Virus record (IMG/VR): IMGVR_UViG_3300018495_000106
DNA: 64,000 nt
From: a virus
Direction: 5' to 3' (one strand)
Part shown: positions 17,892-27,193 of the stretch, piece after piece
Layout of the letters: each line of letters opens with the position of its first letter
Position numbering within the stretch: the first letter of the stretch is position 1
Notes under the pieces: generated by a model
Told to the model about the DNA's origin: nothing
Databases searched by the model: none
Seen by the model: only the letters and a program-made list of their open reading frames with translations
Translations under genes and position numbers: made by a program

Positions 17892-18157
17892 ATGAGCCGT
17901 TAACACGGATTACCACTAAACTACTCCCGGCGGTGGGAACTACTGAGTAAAACCAGAGGTTGGTGCGATGAAAATCGTAGGGTGTGCATCTCCCCTAAGT
18001 AGAAGAAACCGATATGGAGCATAAGCGGAAAACGGCTGACTAAATATAAGGAAGCGAAGTAAGTGGCGTGTTCATACGAAAGTTGGCGGTTGGTGACTCC
18101 GTATAAGTCACGGGTGGTTGGCAACTCCATCAGGACATAAATAAGTTGCATTCCTAT

Positions 18158-18243
18158 GCGGATGTGGTGGAATGGCAGACACGCCAGCTTGAGGGGCTGG
18201 TGCCAGCGATGGCGTGCGGGTTCGAGTCCCGCCATCCGCACCA
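18158..18243 (+). tRNA. tRNA-Leu(GAG)
   Basis: long variable arm; loop TTGAGGG. Confidence 0.85.
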
Positions 18244-18594
18244 GAATGCCCAGCGTGGTGGCTGGGGGAAGAAAATTACTCGCAATACCCCTGCTTGGAG
18301 CGTTACACGAGAGAGTTTGATAGCCTCTGGGGATTATTGAGATAAATGGGAAATAATAAAGATATAATCGGCTAATGTGGTTGTTACGGTCACTATCAAT
18401 GACCTATGTTACCCATTACAGTTAGGACACCAGTTGTCCTAATAATGACTGCATAGTTCGAGGTTCCACAGGGTACTGATACAGAGATTGTTGTATGAGT
18501 GCGTGGAAAAGTCAGGTGTGGCTCCGTCGACCAACTAACAGTGTCGAAGCGTGAGAGTAGTACACATTCCTGTGTCAAATATCCTGTGTAATTT

Positions 18595-18671
18595 GGCTTC
18601 GTAGTTCAGATGGTTAGAACGCCGCCCTGTCACGGCGGAGGTCGTGGGTTCGAATCCCATCGAAGTCGCCA
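18595..18671 (+). tRNA. tRNA-Asp(GTC)
   Basis: loop CTGTCAC. Confidence 0.85.
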
Positions 18672-18839
18672 TTAAGGTATGTTCCCGATACCTCGTAGCG
18701 GAAAACTCGGGCGTGGAAGAGGAGACGAGAGAATCGCTTTGTTTGGCAACGGTTTTTTGGTGATAAACTGTTGCAGGTACTCGATGTGTGCCTTGGCTTT
18801 GATTAGTCTACAAGGGTAGCTGTCCAACATCACTTATAT

Positions 18840-18914
18840 AGCTTCGTCGTTCAATGGTTAGGATGCCAGCCTGTCACGCTGGAGACGGGGGTTCAATTCC
18901 CCTCGGAGCTGCCA
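18840..18914 (+). tRNA. tRNA-Asp(GTC), second copy
   Basis: loop CTGTCAC; divergent from the first. Confidence 0.75.
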
Positions 18915-19019
18915 CTCTCCCTTGACGAAGGAGTAAGATGGACCCAAAGTGCCATCAAAATAGTCGGCGGAAGAGCAGACAAAAAGTAGCGGCAATAGAC
19001 CTCCGCCACGCTACAATAT

Positions 19020-19095
19020 GGGGGATTAGCTCATCTGGGAGAGCATCTGCCTTGCAAGCAGAAGGTGACGGGTTCGAGTCCCGTATCCTCCACCA
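19020..19095 (+). tRNA. tRNA-Ala(TGC)
   Basis: G3:U70; loop CTTGCAA. Confidence 0.9.
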
Positions 19096-19172
19096 CTCGC
19101 AGCTTAATAATTGGGTGATGTGACCTACATCTGCGGCAGCCGGTGCCAAGAAACATAAACCGGCACTTATTT

Positions 19173-19257
19173 GCCCGAATGGCGGAATGGCAGACGCGCT
19201 TGACTCAAAATCAAGTGTCCTCGGGGCGTGCGGGTTCAAGTCCCGCTTTGGGCACCA
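19173..19257 (+). tRNA. tRNA-Leu(CAA)
   Basis: long variable arm; loop CTCAAAA. Confidence 0.85.
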
Positions 19258-19342
19258 GTCCTCGTGATGGAATAGGCAGACATGCAGCACTCAGAATGCT
19301 GTGCCGAAAGGCGTGTGGGTTCAAGTCCCACCGTGGATACCA
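19258..19342 (+). tRNA. tRNA-Leu(CAG)
   Basis: long variable arm; loop CTCAGAA; one acceptor mismatch. Confidence 0.75.
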
Positions 19343-19430
19343 GGCTTTACGCCATCTATGAACACATGGGTTTCGCCAGTTCTCCTTTCTATATGAACAA
19401 GAGATAAAAAACTGGTTCCTTTCTTCTTAA

Positions 19431-19459
19431 TTGATTTTTCAAAAAAAATATGTTATAAT
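19431..19459 (+). promoter_or_regulatory. consensus promoter
   Basis: TTGATT-N17-TATAAT. Confidence 0.8.
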
Positions 19460-19492
19460 ATTTATATAAGATAAAGAAAGGAAATAATACAT

Positions 19493-19600
19493 ATGCCATT
19501 TGATGATTTTACAACTCAAATTCAATGTGAAGAAGTTTACAATGAAGCTATGTATGAGGCTTGGCTTGAGGTTCAAGAAGAACTCGCCAAGGAAGTCTAA
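19493..19600 (+). CDS. possible 35-aa acidic peptide
   Basis: AAGGA RBS, promoter at 19431. Confidence 0.35.
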   Translation: MPFDDFTTQIQCEEVYNEAMYEAWLEVQEELAKEV

Positions 19601-19606
19601 TCATAT

Positions 19607-19681
19607 GGCCCGTTAGTCAAGCGGTCAAGACACCGGCCTCTCACGCCGGAGACGAGGGTTCGATTCCCTCACGGGTCACCA
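19607..19681 (+). tRNA. tRNA-Glu(CTC)
   Basis: loop CTCTCAC. Confidence 0.85.
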
Positions 19682-19938
19682 TAGGGTTATTACTCAGCCC
19701 GATTTATAGATGAAGATTAAATGTACAAGTGAGTACGCTCCGACCCAAGAGTACGAGTGTTGGGTAGTTCTATGACAGAAGTTGTTAGAGGGTTCGATTC
19801 CTTCTCTGGCAGGAGTGCCGGCCTGGTGGAATGATGAAGAAGCCAATAGGTGGTTGAGAGGTCACGATTGTTTGCCGACAATAATGCCAAAATGCCACGA
19901 TAGAATGACAAGACCTGCGGCAACAGGTCTTGATATCT

Positions 19939-20014
19939 GGCCCCATAGTCAAGCGGTTTAAGACGTCGCCCTTTCACGGCGAAGGCAGGAGTTCGATTCT
20001 CCTTGGGGTCACCA
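19939..20014 (+). tRNA. tRNA-Glu(TTC)
   Basis: loop CTTTCAC. Confidence 0.85.
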
Positions 20015-20090
20015 TGCGGGGTAGAGCAGGTGGTAGCTCGTCAGCCTCATAAGCTGAAGGTCGGTGGTTCGAGTCCACCCCCCGCATCCA
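20015..20090 (+). tRNA. tRNA-Met(CAT)
   Basis: loop CTCATAA. Confidence 0.85.
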
Positions 20091-20167
20091 CGCGGGATAG
20101 AGCAGTTCGGCAGCTCACTTGGCTCATAACCAAGAGGTCGGAGGTTCAAATCCTTCTCCCGCTACCA
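20091..20167 (+). tRNA. tRNA(CAT) with C1:U72 mismatch (initiator- or Ile2-like)
   Basis: loop CTCATAA; unpaired 1:72. Confidence 0.75.
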
Positions 20168-20192
20168 CAAAAATGATGATAGGAGGTTTACT

Positions 20193-20426
20193 ATGCGAAA
20201 TATTCTAAGTTATCAACCCGGAACCGAGTTCACTGGTTCGGAAATCATTCAATGGGCGAAGTTTCAAGTTGAAAATAAGACTTCGCATATGCGCCAGGGC
20301 GCTCACATTCTCCACAGGTTTGGAAATGTGAAACCGGAGAGGCTGTATACAGTTGCAACTTCCTATCAAGGAACAGGATGCGGCGAAGTATCAAAGAAGC
20401 CTCTTGTCCAAAAAGTTCAAATGTAA
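20193..20426 (+). CDS. hypothetical protein
   Basis: RBS AGGAGG. Confidence 0.55.
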   Translation: MRNILSYQPGTEFTGSEIIQWAKFQVENKTSHMRQGAHILHRFGNVKPERLYTVATSYQGTGCGEVSKKPLVQKVQM

Positions 20427-20437
20427 TAAAACCAATA

Positions 20438-20553
20438 AAGGCACACACAGCAATCTTTTTCTTTTGAAAATATTTTAACTCAATTGGTAGAGTAATTGTC
20501 TGTTAAACAATCTGTAGTTGGTTCAAATCCAACAAATATTTCATTTGTGCCTT
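20438..20553 (+). ncRNA. ACAGCAA-box element B (encloses the AT-rich tRNA-Asn-like gene)
   Basis: closing stem AAGGCACA/TGTGCCTT; box CACACAGCAA. Confidence 0.5.
20469..20541 (+). tRNA. tRNA-Asn(GTT)-like, AT-rich second copy
   Basis: perfect 7-bp acceptor AATATTT/AAATATT; loop CTGTTAA. Confidence 0.6.
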
Positions 20554-20559
20554 GTATAT

Positions 20560-20635
20560 GGCTGGGTAGCTCAACTGGTAGAGCATGGGACTGAAAATCC
20601 CAGTGTAGTCAGTTCGACCCTGACCCCAGCCACCA
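20560..20635 (+). tRNA. tRNA-Phe(GAA)
   Basis: loop CTGAAAA. Confidence 0.9.
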
Positions 20636-20889
20636 CAACTCGATATAGTTAAAGGACCGCAACAGAGGAACCTATACGATTCAACTCCTTTTCTGGTTAA
20701 AAACAACATTTTGTAGTAAAAATTCCTTTTGTTTCTTGTTCGGCGTATAGGCTGCGGGCTGCCACTCTTTCTATATATTGTCCTATATAGAAACAAAAAA
20801 CTATCATCGCGGCGAGAGTTTTTTACATCTGGCTTGTTGAGACCGTCAATTGGCTTGCTTTTTTACTCGTCGTTTTTTCATATATTTTA

Positions 20890-20983
20890 TGGAGGCGTAC
20901 CCAAGTTGGTGAAGGGGACAGTTTGCTAAACTGTTAGGTCGGCTAATACCCGGCGCGTGAGTTCGAGCCTCACCGCCTCCGCC
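20890..20983 (+). tRNA. tRNA-Ser(GCT)
   Basis: long variable arm; loop TTGCTAA. Confidence 0.85.
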
Positions 20984-20984
20984 A

Positions 20985-21073
20985 TAAGACACATACAGCA
21001 ACTTTATCATTGCTATAATGATAACAATTAAGCGTTAATTTAGGGAATTAAAAGTGCTTTTGGTTAAGTGTCT
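20985..21073 (+). ncRNA. ACAGCAA-box element C
   Basis: closing stem AAGACAC/GTGTCTT; box CATACAGCAA; inner hairpin TTATCATTGCTATAATGATAA. Confidence 0.45.
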
Positions 21074-21082
21074 TGCTTATCT

Positions 21083-21173
21083 GGAGAGGTACCCAAGTGG
21101 TTAAGGGGCTCCCCTGGAAAGGGAGTAGGTCGTTAGTAGCGGCGCGTGGGTTCGAACCCCACCCTCTCCGCCA
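21083..21173 (+). tRNA. tRNA-Ser(GGA)
   Basis: long variable arm; loop CTGGAAA. Confidence 0.85.
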
Positions 21174-21326
21174 AAACAAACGAAGTACAAGTTTGTTAGA
21201 GATGTGTAGTGTAGGTAAAGGTATCACGCCAAAATGGAGGTCATATGCCAGAGTAGGAAACCCGGACGCCTGGGAAGCTCATCCGGCGCATCTCGCAGAA
21301 AACCAAAAGAAAGGACAGTTTGTTGT

Positions 21327-21605
21327 ATGTATGAGATTCTTGATTTCATCCATCGACGCTGGCGCAAGGACGCAAATTGGTTAGATGGCAACTGCTATTG
21401 GTTTGCTCGCATACTACAAACGAGATTTCCATTTTTGGAGTTGTACTACTTGCCAATCGACGGGCACTTCGTGTGCGGCGATGGTGAGAACTTCTATGAC
21501 TGGACTGGTGTAGTCCAATTTGAAGAAATTCCATTTTTGTTTTCAGATTTAGAAAAGCAAGAACCAAATTGGTATGACCGAATTTGGAGAGATTGTGTCC
21601 TATAA
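21327..21605 (+). CDS. hypothetical protein
   Basis: internal ATG with AAAGGA RBS. Confidence 0.4.
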   Translation: MYEILDFIHRRWRKDANWLDGNCYWFARILQTRFPFLELYYLPIDGHFVCGDGENFYDWTGVVQFEEIPFLFSDLEKQEPNWYDRIWRDCVL

Positions 21606-21613
21606 CAATCTTT

Positions 21614-21688
21614 GCTGATATGGCTCAGCGGTAGAGCACTTCCTTGGTAAGGAAGGGGTCGCGAGTTCGATTCTCGCTATCAGCTCCA
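21614..21688 (+). tRNA. tRNA-Thr(GGT)
   Basis: loop TTGGTAA. Confidence 0.85.
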
Positions 21689-21730
21689 CGCCTGTAGTGG
21701 CTTGAATGGGTTCGACTCCCTTCGCAGGCG
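21689..21730 (+). other. tRNA-like minihelix (acceptor-like stem plus T-arm only)
   Basis: CGCCTG...TGGGTTCGACTCCC...CAGGCG directly after the tRNA-Thr CCA. Confidence 0.4.
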
Positions 21731-21809
21731 TCTGAGGCTTGTTAACGAAGCCGAAGTTTTGCAAAAGTGTCTTGGTCTTGAGAGTCATGACCTTGAGGCC
21801 TTGATATAT

Positions 21810-21885
21810 CCGCCGTTAGCTCAGTTGGTAGAGCACCGGACTCTTAATCCGGGTGTCCAGGGTTCGAGCCCCTGACGGCGGACCA
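21810..21885 (+). tRNA. tRNA-Lys(CTT)
   Basis: loop CTCTTAA. Confidence 0.85.
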
Positions 21886-21985
21886 GTACTGAAGGTTTAA
21901 TATAGCTTCAGCGTTCGGAGTTTAAAACCGAGGGACAGTACGGAACCTGTCCAACCTAAACTAAATAACAAAGGGGGTCAGAAAG

Positions 21986-22216
21986 ATGATTTGTCCTATT
22001 AAGATGAACACAAAGGAAGATGTAGTTCGTGTTAGTGAAGTAGCAGCAAATGCTGGCATTGATATGTCTGTTTCTTGCGGCAACGCTATGATTGACCCAC
22101 GCAGTATTCTTGGTCTGTTTGCCTTCGTTGGTAAAGATGCATTACTCGTGGCTCCCGATGATTTAAATCCGAACTATTTCATGCGACTGGTTAAGAAGAT
22201 GGGCGTAGCTGCCTAA
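21986..22216 (+). CDS. HPr-like phosphocarrier fold protein
   Basis: RSILGLFAFVGKDALLVAPDD...LVKKMG resembles the HPr C-terminal pattern; RBS AAGGGGG. Confidence 0.45.
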   Translation: MICPIKMNTKEDVVRVSEVAANAGIDMSVSCGNAMIDPRSILGLFAFVGKDALLVAPDDLNPNYFMRLVKKMGVAA

Positions 22217-22247
22217 TCTCTCTTAACCGGTGGGCAAAATAATATAT

Positions 22248-22324
22248 GTCCCAGTAGCTCAGTTGGATAGAGCAATGGCCTTCTAAGCCATGTGTCCGGG
22301 GTTCGAGTCCCTGCTGGGATGCCA
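22248..22324 (+). tRNA. tRNA-Arg(TCT)
   Basis: loop CTTCTAA. Confidence 0.85.
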
Positions 22325-22459
22325 AGCGTTTCAGATGGGGTAATGTCTTTAGATTGATGCAATCCACAGCTAAATATCTACGGCCCATTTGAGTCGACCT
22401 TTAGCGGGGTTTGATTTTCCAAGAGTGAGAATGTGGTTGAGGAAAGACGCTATTTATAT

Positions 22460-22536
<77 letters not shown>

Positions 22537-22578
22537 GTAGTAGAAAATAATTATGATTAAGAAAGTAAGAGGTAAGTT

Positions 22579-23691
22579 ATGCGAGTAGTAAATACTGGTA
22601 ATGTATTTCGTATCTATGACGATACAATGAAAACCTATAATGAGCTACCTGCAAGGGCTTATCAGGTTAATTTTAGTCAGCAGTCCGGTTTCTTCTTGAC
22701 TGGCTACGATGATATTGCAATTACAGAAAAGGTCTATGGTGTGCATACCGATAAGGTGCATAAGGTTCTCAAGTCTTTTGAGATTTTCGACCGAAATCTG
22801 GGTGTAATTCTGTCTGGCGCCAAGGGTATCGGTAAATCTCTGTTCGGCAAAATGCTCTCTGTTGAGGGAATTGCGGCAGGCTATCCTCTGATTATTGTTA
22901 ATCAGTATATCCCAGGCATTGCAGACTACTTAACTTCTATTCAGCAGGAAGTAATCGTCTTCTTTGACGAGTTTGATAAGACTTTTTATTCTAAGGGCGA
23001 TAGAGACTCTATGAGCGACCCTCAGTCCGAAATGCTGACTTTATTCGATGGTTTGAGTCAGGGTAAGAAGTTGTTCATCGTTACTTGTAACGAATTGAAT
23101 AACCTCAATAACTATTTGGTTAATCGCCCTGGTCGTTTCCATTATCATTTTAGATTTGATTATCCTTCCGCAGAGCAGATTCGTGAGTATCTGGAAGACA
23201 AGATTCCAGAAACCGCATATGCACAGATTGACAAGGTAATCGCTTTCGCAAGAAAGATTGATTTGAACTATGACTGTCTGCGCGCGATTGCTTTCGAACT
23301 CTCTCTTGGTACTTGCTTCGAGGAAGCAATTAAGGATTTGAATATCCTCAACCTCTCTCGTGAGAGTTATGTTGCAACTCTTATGTTTGCGGACGGCGGT
23401 AAGTGTCGTCGTGAGATTTACATGGATATGTTCGCAGACGATGATGTTCATGTTGAGTTCACTGATGAAAAGGGATTTGACTTCTATGTCACCTTTAATC
23501 CTCAGAACTCTGTGTACAATTATGATAAGGGTGGCACTATTATCCCTGGCGGAGAGTGTGAAGTTGACTGGCAGGATGACTATTACGATGAGCCAGAAGA
23601 GCAGAAGGCTCTGGCACTGCGCAAGCAGCGCACTGTGGATTACATCGTGATACGTCGCAAGGGTACTAAAAACCTGCATTACGCAGTATAA
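22579..23691 (+). CDS. AAA+ ATPase
   Basis: Walker A GAKGIGKS, Walker B VIVFFDEFD, NRPGRF. Confidence 0.75.
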   Translation: MRVVNTGNVFRIYDDTMKTYNELPARAYQVNFSQQSGFFLTGYDDIAITEKVYGVHTDKVHKVLKSFEIFDRNLGVILSGAKGIGKSLFGKMLSVEGIAAGYPLIIVNQYIPGIADYLTSIQQEVIVFFDEFDKTFYSKGDRDSMSDPQSEMLTLFDGLSQGKKLFIVTCNELNNLNNYLVNRPGRFHYHFRFDYPSAEQIREYLEDKIPETAYAQIDKVIAFARKIDLNYDCLRAIAFELSLGTCFEEAIKDLNILNLSRESYVATLMFADGGKCRREIYMDMFADDDVHVEFTDEKGFDFYVTFNPQNSVYNYDKGGTIIPGGECEVDWQDDYYDEPEEQKALALRKQRTVDYIVIRRKGTKNLHYAV

Positions 23692-23718
23692 AAGGTGGGG
23701 CAACCGCCCCGCCGATAT

Positions 23719-23795
23719 GGGCCCTTAGCTCAGTCGGTCAGAGCATCCAGCTCATAACTGGACGGTCCCGGGTTCGAATCCCCGAGGGCCCACCA
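23719..23795 (+). tRNA. tRNA-Met(CAT), third CAT tRNA
   Basis: loop CTCATAA. Confidence 0.85.
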
Positions 23796-23806
23796 AAAAG
23801 AGAAAC

Positions 23807-23835
23807 TTGACATTTTTCAAAAAAAATGTTATAAT
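23807..23835 (+). promoter_or_regulatory. consensus promoter (TTGACA)
   Basis: TTGACA-N17-TATAAT plus leader. Confidence 0.8.
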
Positions 23836-23867
23836 ATATATGTAAGATAAAGAGAGGAAGAAAAGAT

Positions 23868-24026
23868 ATGGCAAATATTCCTCAGAATTGTCGAGAATGC
23901 GAAAACAATAATGTGTGCAACAACACCTACTACGGTGGAACCCTATGTAAGCACCACGATGAAATCAATAAGTTAGCCATCGAAAGATTTTGGGCGCAGT
24001 TCGACAAGAGTAAAACTAAAAATTAA
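23868..24026 (+). CDS. small Cys-rich protein (52 aa)
   Basis: RBS AGAGAGGAAG; promoter at 23807. Confidence 0.45.
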   Translation: MANIPQNCRECENNNVCNNTYYGGTLCKHHDEINKLAIERFWAQFDKSKTKN

Positions 24027-24129
24027 AAATAAATAAAGGCGGATTCTGCAATCCTATTTGATAACAGAAATTAAATTTTTATGCCCTATATAAAACTTAA
24101 GTTTGTTTACAAAACCGCCTTGTTAATAT

Positions 24130-24207
24130 CGGGGTGTGGCTCAGTTTGGTTAGAGCGCCTGATTTGGGATCAGGAGGTCGCGAGTTCGAATCCCGCCACT
24201 CCGACCA
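24130..24207 (+). tRNA. tRNA-Pro(TGG)
   Basis: loop TTTGGGA. Confidence 0.8.
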
Positions 24208-24277
24208 ATGACATAGTTATGAGTACAAGTCCAAATGAAACTCTTAGAGTTAAGGTTCTCTTCCAAAAACCATTTAT

Positions 24278-24354
24278 CGGGATATAGCTCAGTAGGTTAG
24301 AGCACCGTGCTGATAACGCGGGGGTCGGTGGTTCGAATCCACCTATCCCGACCA
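24278..24354 (+). tRNA. tRNA-Ile(GAT)
   Basis: loop CTGATAA. Confidence 0.85.
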
Positions 24355-24557
24355 AGGAAAATTTGATAAAGACCCGGAACTGCAAATGTTTCATTTTCTT
24401 TGATGATATGAACAACTTGTAGTGCTGACTGGTAATCAGCTCCAGCCGATGGGTGTGAATTGTGGAGAGGAAAAACAAGGTTCACAACCGGCAACATTGT
24501 TATATTCCTTACGGGTCTTGTGTTTTCTTATCATATTTCCTTTCACTACAAAAACTA

Positions 24558-24614
24558 AAGACACCCACAGCAAACCTACTGTTTAGTAGATTGCAGGTTC
24601 AAATCCTGTGTCTT
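24558..24614 (+). ncRNA. ACAGCAA-box element D (minimal: stem, box, tetraloop hairpin, T-arm)
   Basis: closing stem AAGACAC/GTGTCTT; box CACCCACAGCAAA; CAGGTTCAAATCCTG T-arm. Confidence 0.5.
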
Positions 24615-24731
24615 GCACAGCAAGATTGGCGCAATGGTTGACGCGAAAGACTTAAAATCTTTTTTACTATAAGGTGTCTTGAACATATTTATAAACCCTT
24701 TGTCATACTCACATAGAGAGGAATGAATAAT

Positions 24732-24938
24732 ATGCTTTGGAGAGAAACTGTTAAAGAACCTACACAATTAGAAGTTGCTCGTCAGGAGTTGTTTGCGGCG
24801 GTTCGTCACAGAGACCGAATGCTCACAAACTTTAACAACGCTCTGCCAGAGTTCTTCGATATCGCTAACCAAGAGTTGACGATTGCACAAATGACTGTCG
24901 ATGTGCGTATGAAAAAGGTTAAACTTCTTGAAGTTTAA
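24732..24938 (+). CDS. hypothetical protein
   Basis: RBS AGAGAGG. Confidence 0.5.
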   Translation: MLWRETVKEPTQLEVARQELFAAVRHRDRMLTNFNNALPEFFDIANQELTIAQMTVDVRMKKVKLLEV

Positions 24939-24945
24939 CCCATAT

Positions 24946-25021
24946 GCGCGATTAGCTCAGCCGGGAGAGCATATGCCTTACAAGCATGGGGTCGGCGGTT
25001 CGAACCCGTCATCGCGCACCA
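24946..25021 (+). tRNA. tRNA-Val(TAC)
   Basis: loop CTTACAA. Confidence 0.85.
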
Positions 25022-25055
25022 CTCCAGATACCAAAAGGAGAAAAGAGGAAATCAC

Positions 25056-25340
25056 ATGAAAGTTGTATCTGCGGCAATTAAGTTTTATATCAAAGGCGAT
25101 ACTTACCCGACGATTATGTGCGGCAAGCGCCATTGCAATGTGCTTGAGAAAATGTACAATATGCACATTGAATATGACAAGCAGACTGCAGTACAGGGAT
25201 TTCTAACTGACAATGACACCTTTGTGGACAGATACGAAGCATTTGAAATTGCTCGTGCGGCGGACCAACTCTTGCCTGAAGCAAAGGAAGAATATAAAGA
25301 CAAGATAATTACGCAACTGTTCTCAGAGGATGTGTGGTAA
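25056..25340 (+). CDS. hypothetical protein
   Basis: RBS AAAAGGAG. Confidence 0.55.
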   Translation: MKVVSAAIKFYIKGDTYPTIMCGKRHCNVLEKMYNMHIEYDKQTAVQGFLTDNDTFVDRYEAFEIARAADQLLPEAKEEYKDKIITQLFSEDVW

Positions 25341-25567
25341 TGGACAAAAAAATCACAATCACTTTAGAAGTAGACGAACAAACCTTTAATGGATTGAATA
25401 ACGCTGTTGCGGCTTACGGAGATATCTGCTGGGGCCTGATGCTCGGAACACAGGTTCCAGCAAGATTTGAACCTCTTAAGCAAAAATCTGAAGAAGAGAT
25501 TAGAGCAAGGTTTAACTCTTTAGTCGACTTCTACAAAAAAATTGAAGAAAAATTTAACGAGAGTTAA
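25334..25567 (+). CDS. hypothetical protein
   Basis: overlapping start/stop. Confidence 0.55.
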   Translation: MVMDKKITITLEVDEQTFNGLNNAVAAYGDICWGLMLGTQVPARFEPLKQKSEEEIRARFNSLVDFYKKIEEKFNES

Positions 25568-25573
25568 TTAAAT

Positions 25574-25689
25574 AAGGCGCATACTGCAATCAAAGATTAA
25601 ATCTTTATGTTATGGGTTCAAGTCCCATTTTTCGAGCCATTAATTTCGAGAATCGCCCAATAGGTAGGGCAAAAGACAAAAAGCGCCTT
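25574..25689 (+). ncRNA. ACTGCAA-box element E
   Basis: closing stem AAGGCGC/GCGCCTT; box CATACTGCAATC; inner TGGGTTCAAGTCCCA T-arm. Confidence 0.5.
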
Positions 25690-25694
25690 GATAT

Positions 25695-25772
25695 GGTGGA
25701 TGTAGCTTAGTTGGTTAAAGCGCCAGATTGTGGCTCTGGAGACCGCGAGTTCGAATCTCGTCGTTCACCCCA
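25695..25772 (+). tRNA. tRNA-His(GTG) with encoded G-1
   Basis: loop TTGTGGC; extra 5' G opposite C73. Confidence 0.8.
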
Positions 25773-25774
25773 TA

Positions 25775-25840
25775 AAGACCTAACACAGCAATTATTTGCT
25801 TGAAAGCACCCAACTTTTAATTGGACATATTAAGGGTCTT
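25775..25840 (+). ncRNA. ACAGCAA-box element F
   Basis: closing stem AAGACC/GGTCTT; box TAACACAGCAATT. Confidence 0.4.
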
Positions 25841-25852
25841 GTAAACAGATAT

Positions 25853-25928
25853 TGGGGTATCGCCAAGCGGTAAGGCACAGGACTTTGACTCCTGCATTCC
25901 GATGGTTCGAATCCATCTACCCCAGCCA
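25853..25928 (+). tRNA. tRNA-Gln(TTG)
   Basis: loop CTTTGAC. Confidence 0.85.
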
Positions 25929-26104
25929 TGTACTGAAACGGTTCAGGTCCTATCGGCCGACTGGGTAGGCGAGGGAAGTGAGGTAGGTTTACTTTGAAAA
26001 AAGTTGTAAAATCCTCCGCCTTTGGGAACTGAGAGTCCCACATGAAAAATTAGGTAAGCGTGGTTGTGAAACATAAACCCCGCCCAGTCTTTAGTACAAC
26101 ATAT

Positions 26105-26180
26105 TGGGGATTGGCGCAATTGGTAGCGCGGCAGACTCTGACTCTGATGGTTATAGGTTCGAATCCTATATCCCCAGCCA
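26105..26180 (+). tRNA. tRNA-Gln(CTG)
   Basis: loop CTCTGAC. Confidence 0.8.
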
Positions 26181-26347
26181 CAGAAGCATCACGGACAGAA
26201 ATCGTGTATAAGACTTCGTCGTGTAAGTAGGACGTAGGATTAGAAGTGTCCATCGTTTAAAGAGTGGGCTATGGCGCGCGGATAGTCCTTTGGTGTCGTA
26301 ACACACTACTTAGGTTGTGGGTCAACCTTAAACCCTCACTTAAATAT

Positions 26348-26467
26348 GGGGATTTAGGCGAATGGTACAGCCGCGTTATAAGCGGGTCTCGGAAGTGACC
26401 ATGTCTGCAATCTTTCTTTTGCATGAGGAGCACGTGTTTGGGGGTTCGAATCCCTCAGTCCCCACCA
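26348..26467 (+). ncRNA. 120-nt tRNA-like gene with about 45-nt insertion carrying a CTGCAATC box (possible anticodon-loop GTTATAA)
   Basis: acceptor GGGGATT/AGTCCCC, D-arm, GGGGGTTCGAATCCCTC T-arm and CCA are canonical; extra structured segment before the T-arm. Confidence 0.45.
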
Positions 26468-26480
26468 AGAGGAGAAATAT

Positions 26481-26654
26481 ATGACACAATCAAGAAGAAG
26501 AGTTTACAATCGCTCTTGGTATAAGAGGGAATGTAAAGAAGATATGCGTAAGCGACGTAAAGAATATAATCGAAAGATTAGACACGCAAAGATTTATGAT
26601 GAAAATTTTTCCTACAAAAATTTACGCAAGTTAGATTGGAATACAATTTCATAA
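26481..26654 (+). CDS. small basic protein
   Basis: RBS AGAGGAG; Arg/Lys-rich; resembles the other small basic ORFs in the tRNA region. Confidence 0.45.
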   Translation: MTQSRRRVYNRSWYKRECKEDMRKRRKEYNRKIRHAKIYDENFSYKNLRKLDWNTIS

Positions 26655-26665
26655 TTAAATATTGT

Positions 26666-26778
26666 CGGGGGCGCAGTAGAAGCCTGCAATCGCTGAAAAG
26701 AAGAACTGGATGCTGCAGACGAAGGTTCAACAATCTAAGCGTGAGTGTTGTGTCGACAAGTACGAGACTGCCCCGCCG
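26666..26778 (+). ncRNA. CTGCAAT-box element K
   Basis: 12-nt closing stem CGGGGGCGCAGT/ACTGCCCCGCCG (10/12 paired); box CCTGCAATCGC; inner GAAGGTTCAACAATC. Confidence 0.45.
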
Positions 26779-26797
26779 AGAGTATTTAATTACATAT

Positions 26798-26874
26798 GCC
26801 AGAATAGCTCAGATGGTTAGAGCGTCCGCCTCATAAGTGGAAGGTCGTGTGTTCGATTCACACTTCTGGTACCA
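26798..26874 (+). tRNA. tRNA(CAT), fourth CAT tRNA
   Basis: loop CTCATAA. Confidence 0.8.
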
Positions 26875-26950
26875 AGGGGTGTCATACAGTGGCCAAGTAT
26901 GGCGGTCTCCAAAACCGCTCACGAGGGTTCGAATCCTTCCACCCCTGCCA
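26875..26950 (+). tRNA. tRNA-Trp(CCA)
   Basis: loop CTCCAAA. Confidence 0.85.
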
Positions 26951-26967
26951 ATTATAACAGAAAAATT

Positions 26968-26996
26968 TTGACTTTTGAGAAATTTTATGTTATAAT
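26968..26996 (+). promoter_or_regulatory. consensus promoter (TTGACT)
   Basis: upstream of element G and the split tRNA. Confidence 0.75.
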
Positions 26997-27015
26997 ATAT
27001 AAGTAAGATAAAGTT

Positions 27016-27187
27016 AAGGCTTGTACAGCAAATATCTTTCTAATACATAGAAGATTGGTTTTACAGAAAACTCAAATTGTTGAATTTTTAGTAAAAAGAT
27101 AGTGCTTATTCCCTTTTATCTATATAATTGACAAACGGTGTTATAAGGGTTGCACATATGTACGACCGTTAAAGTCATTCAAGCCTT
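27016..27187 (+). ncRNA. ACAGCAA-box element G (about 170 nt)
   Basis: closing stem AAGGCTTG/CAAGCCTT; box TTGTACAGCAAA; ends 6 nt before the split tRNA. Confidence 0.45.
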
Positions 27188-27193
27188 GTATAT

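Noticed and set aside
16659-19290. Short ORFs on both strands across the tRNA array, such as 16659-16862 minus, 17237-17527 minus, 17921-18241 minus and 18955-19290 minus
   Set aside because: They overlap tRNA genes or structured RNA. They lack an RBS and are typical spurious frames in tRNA antisense.
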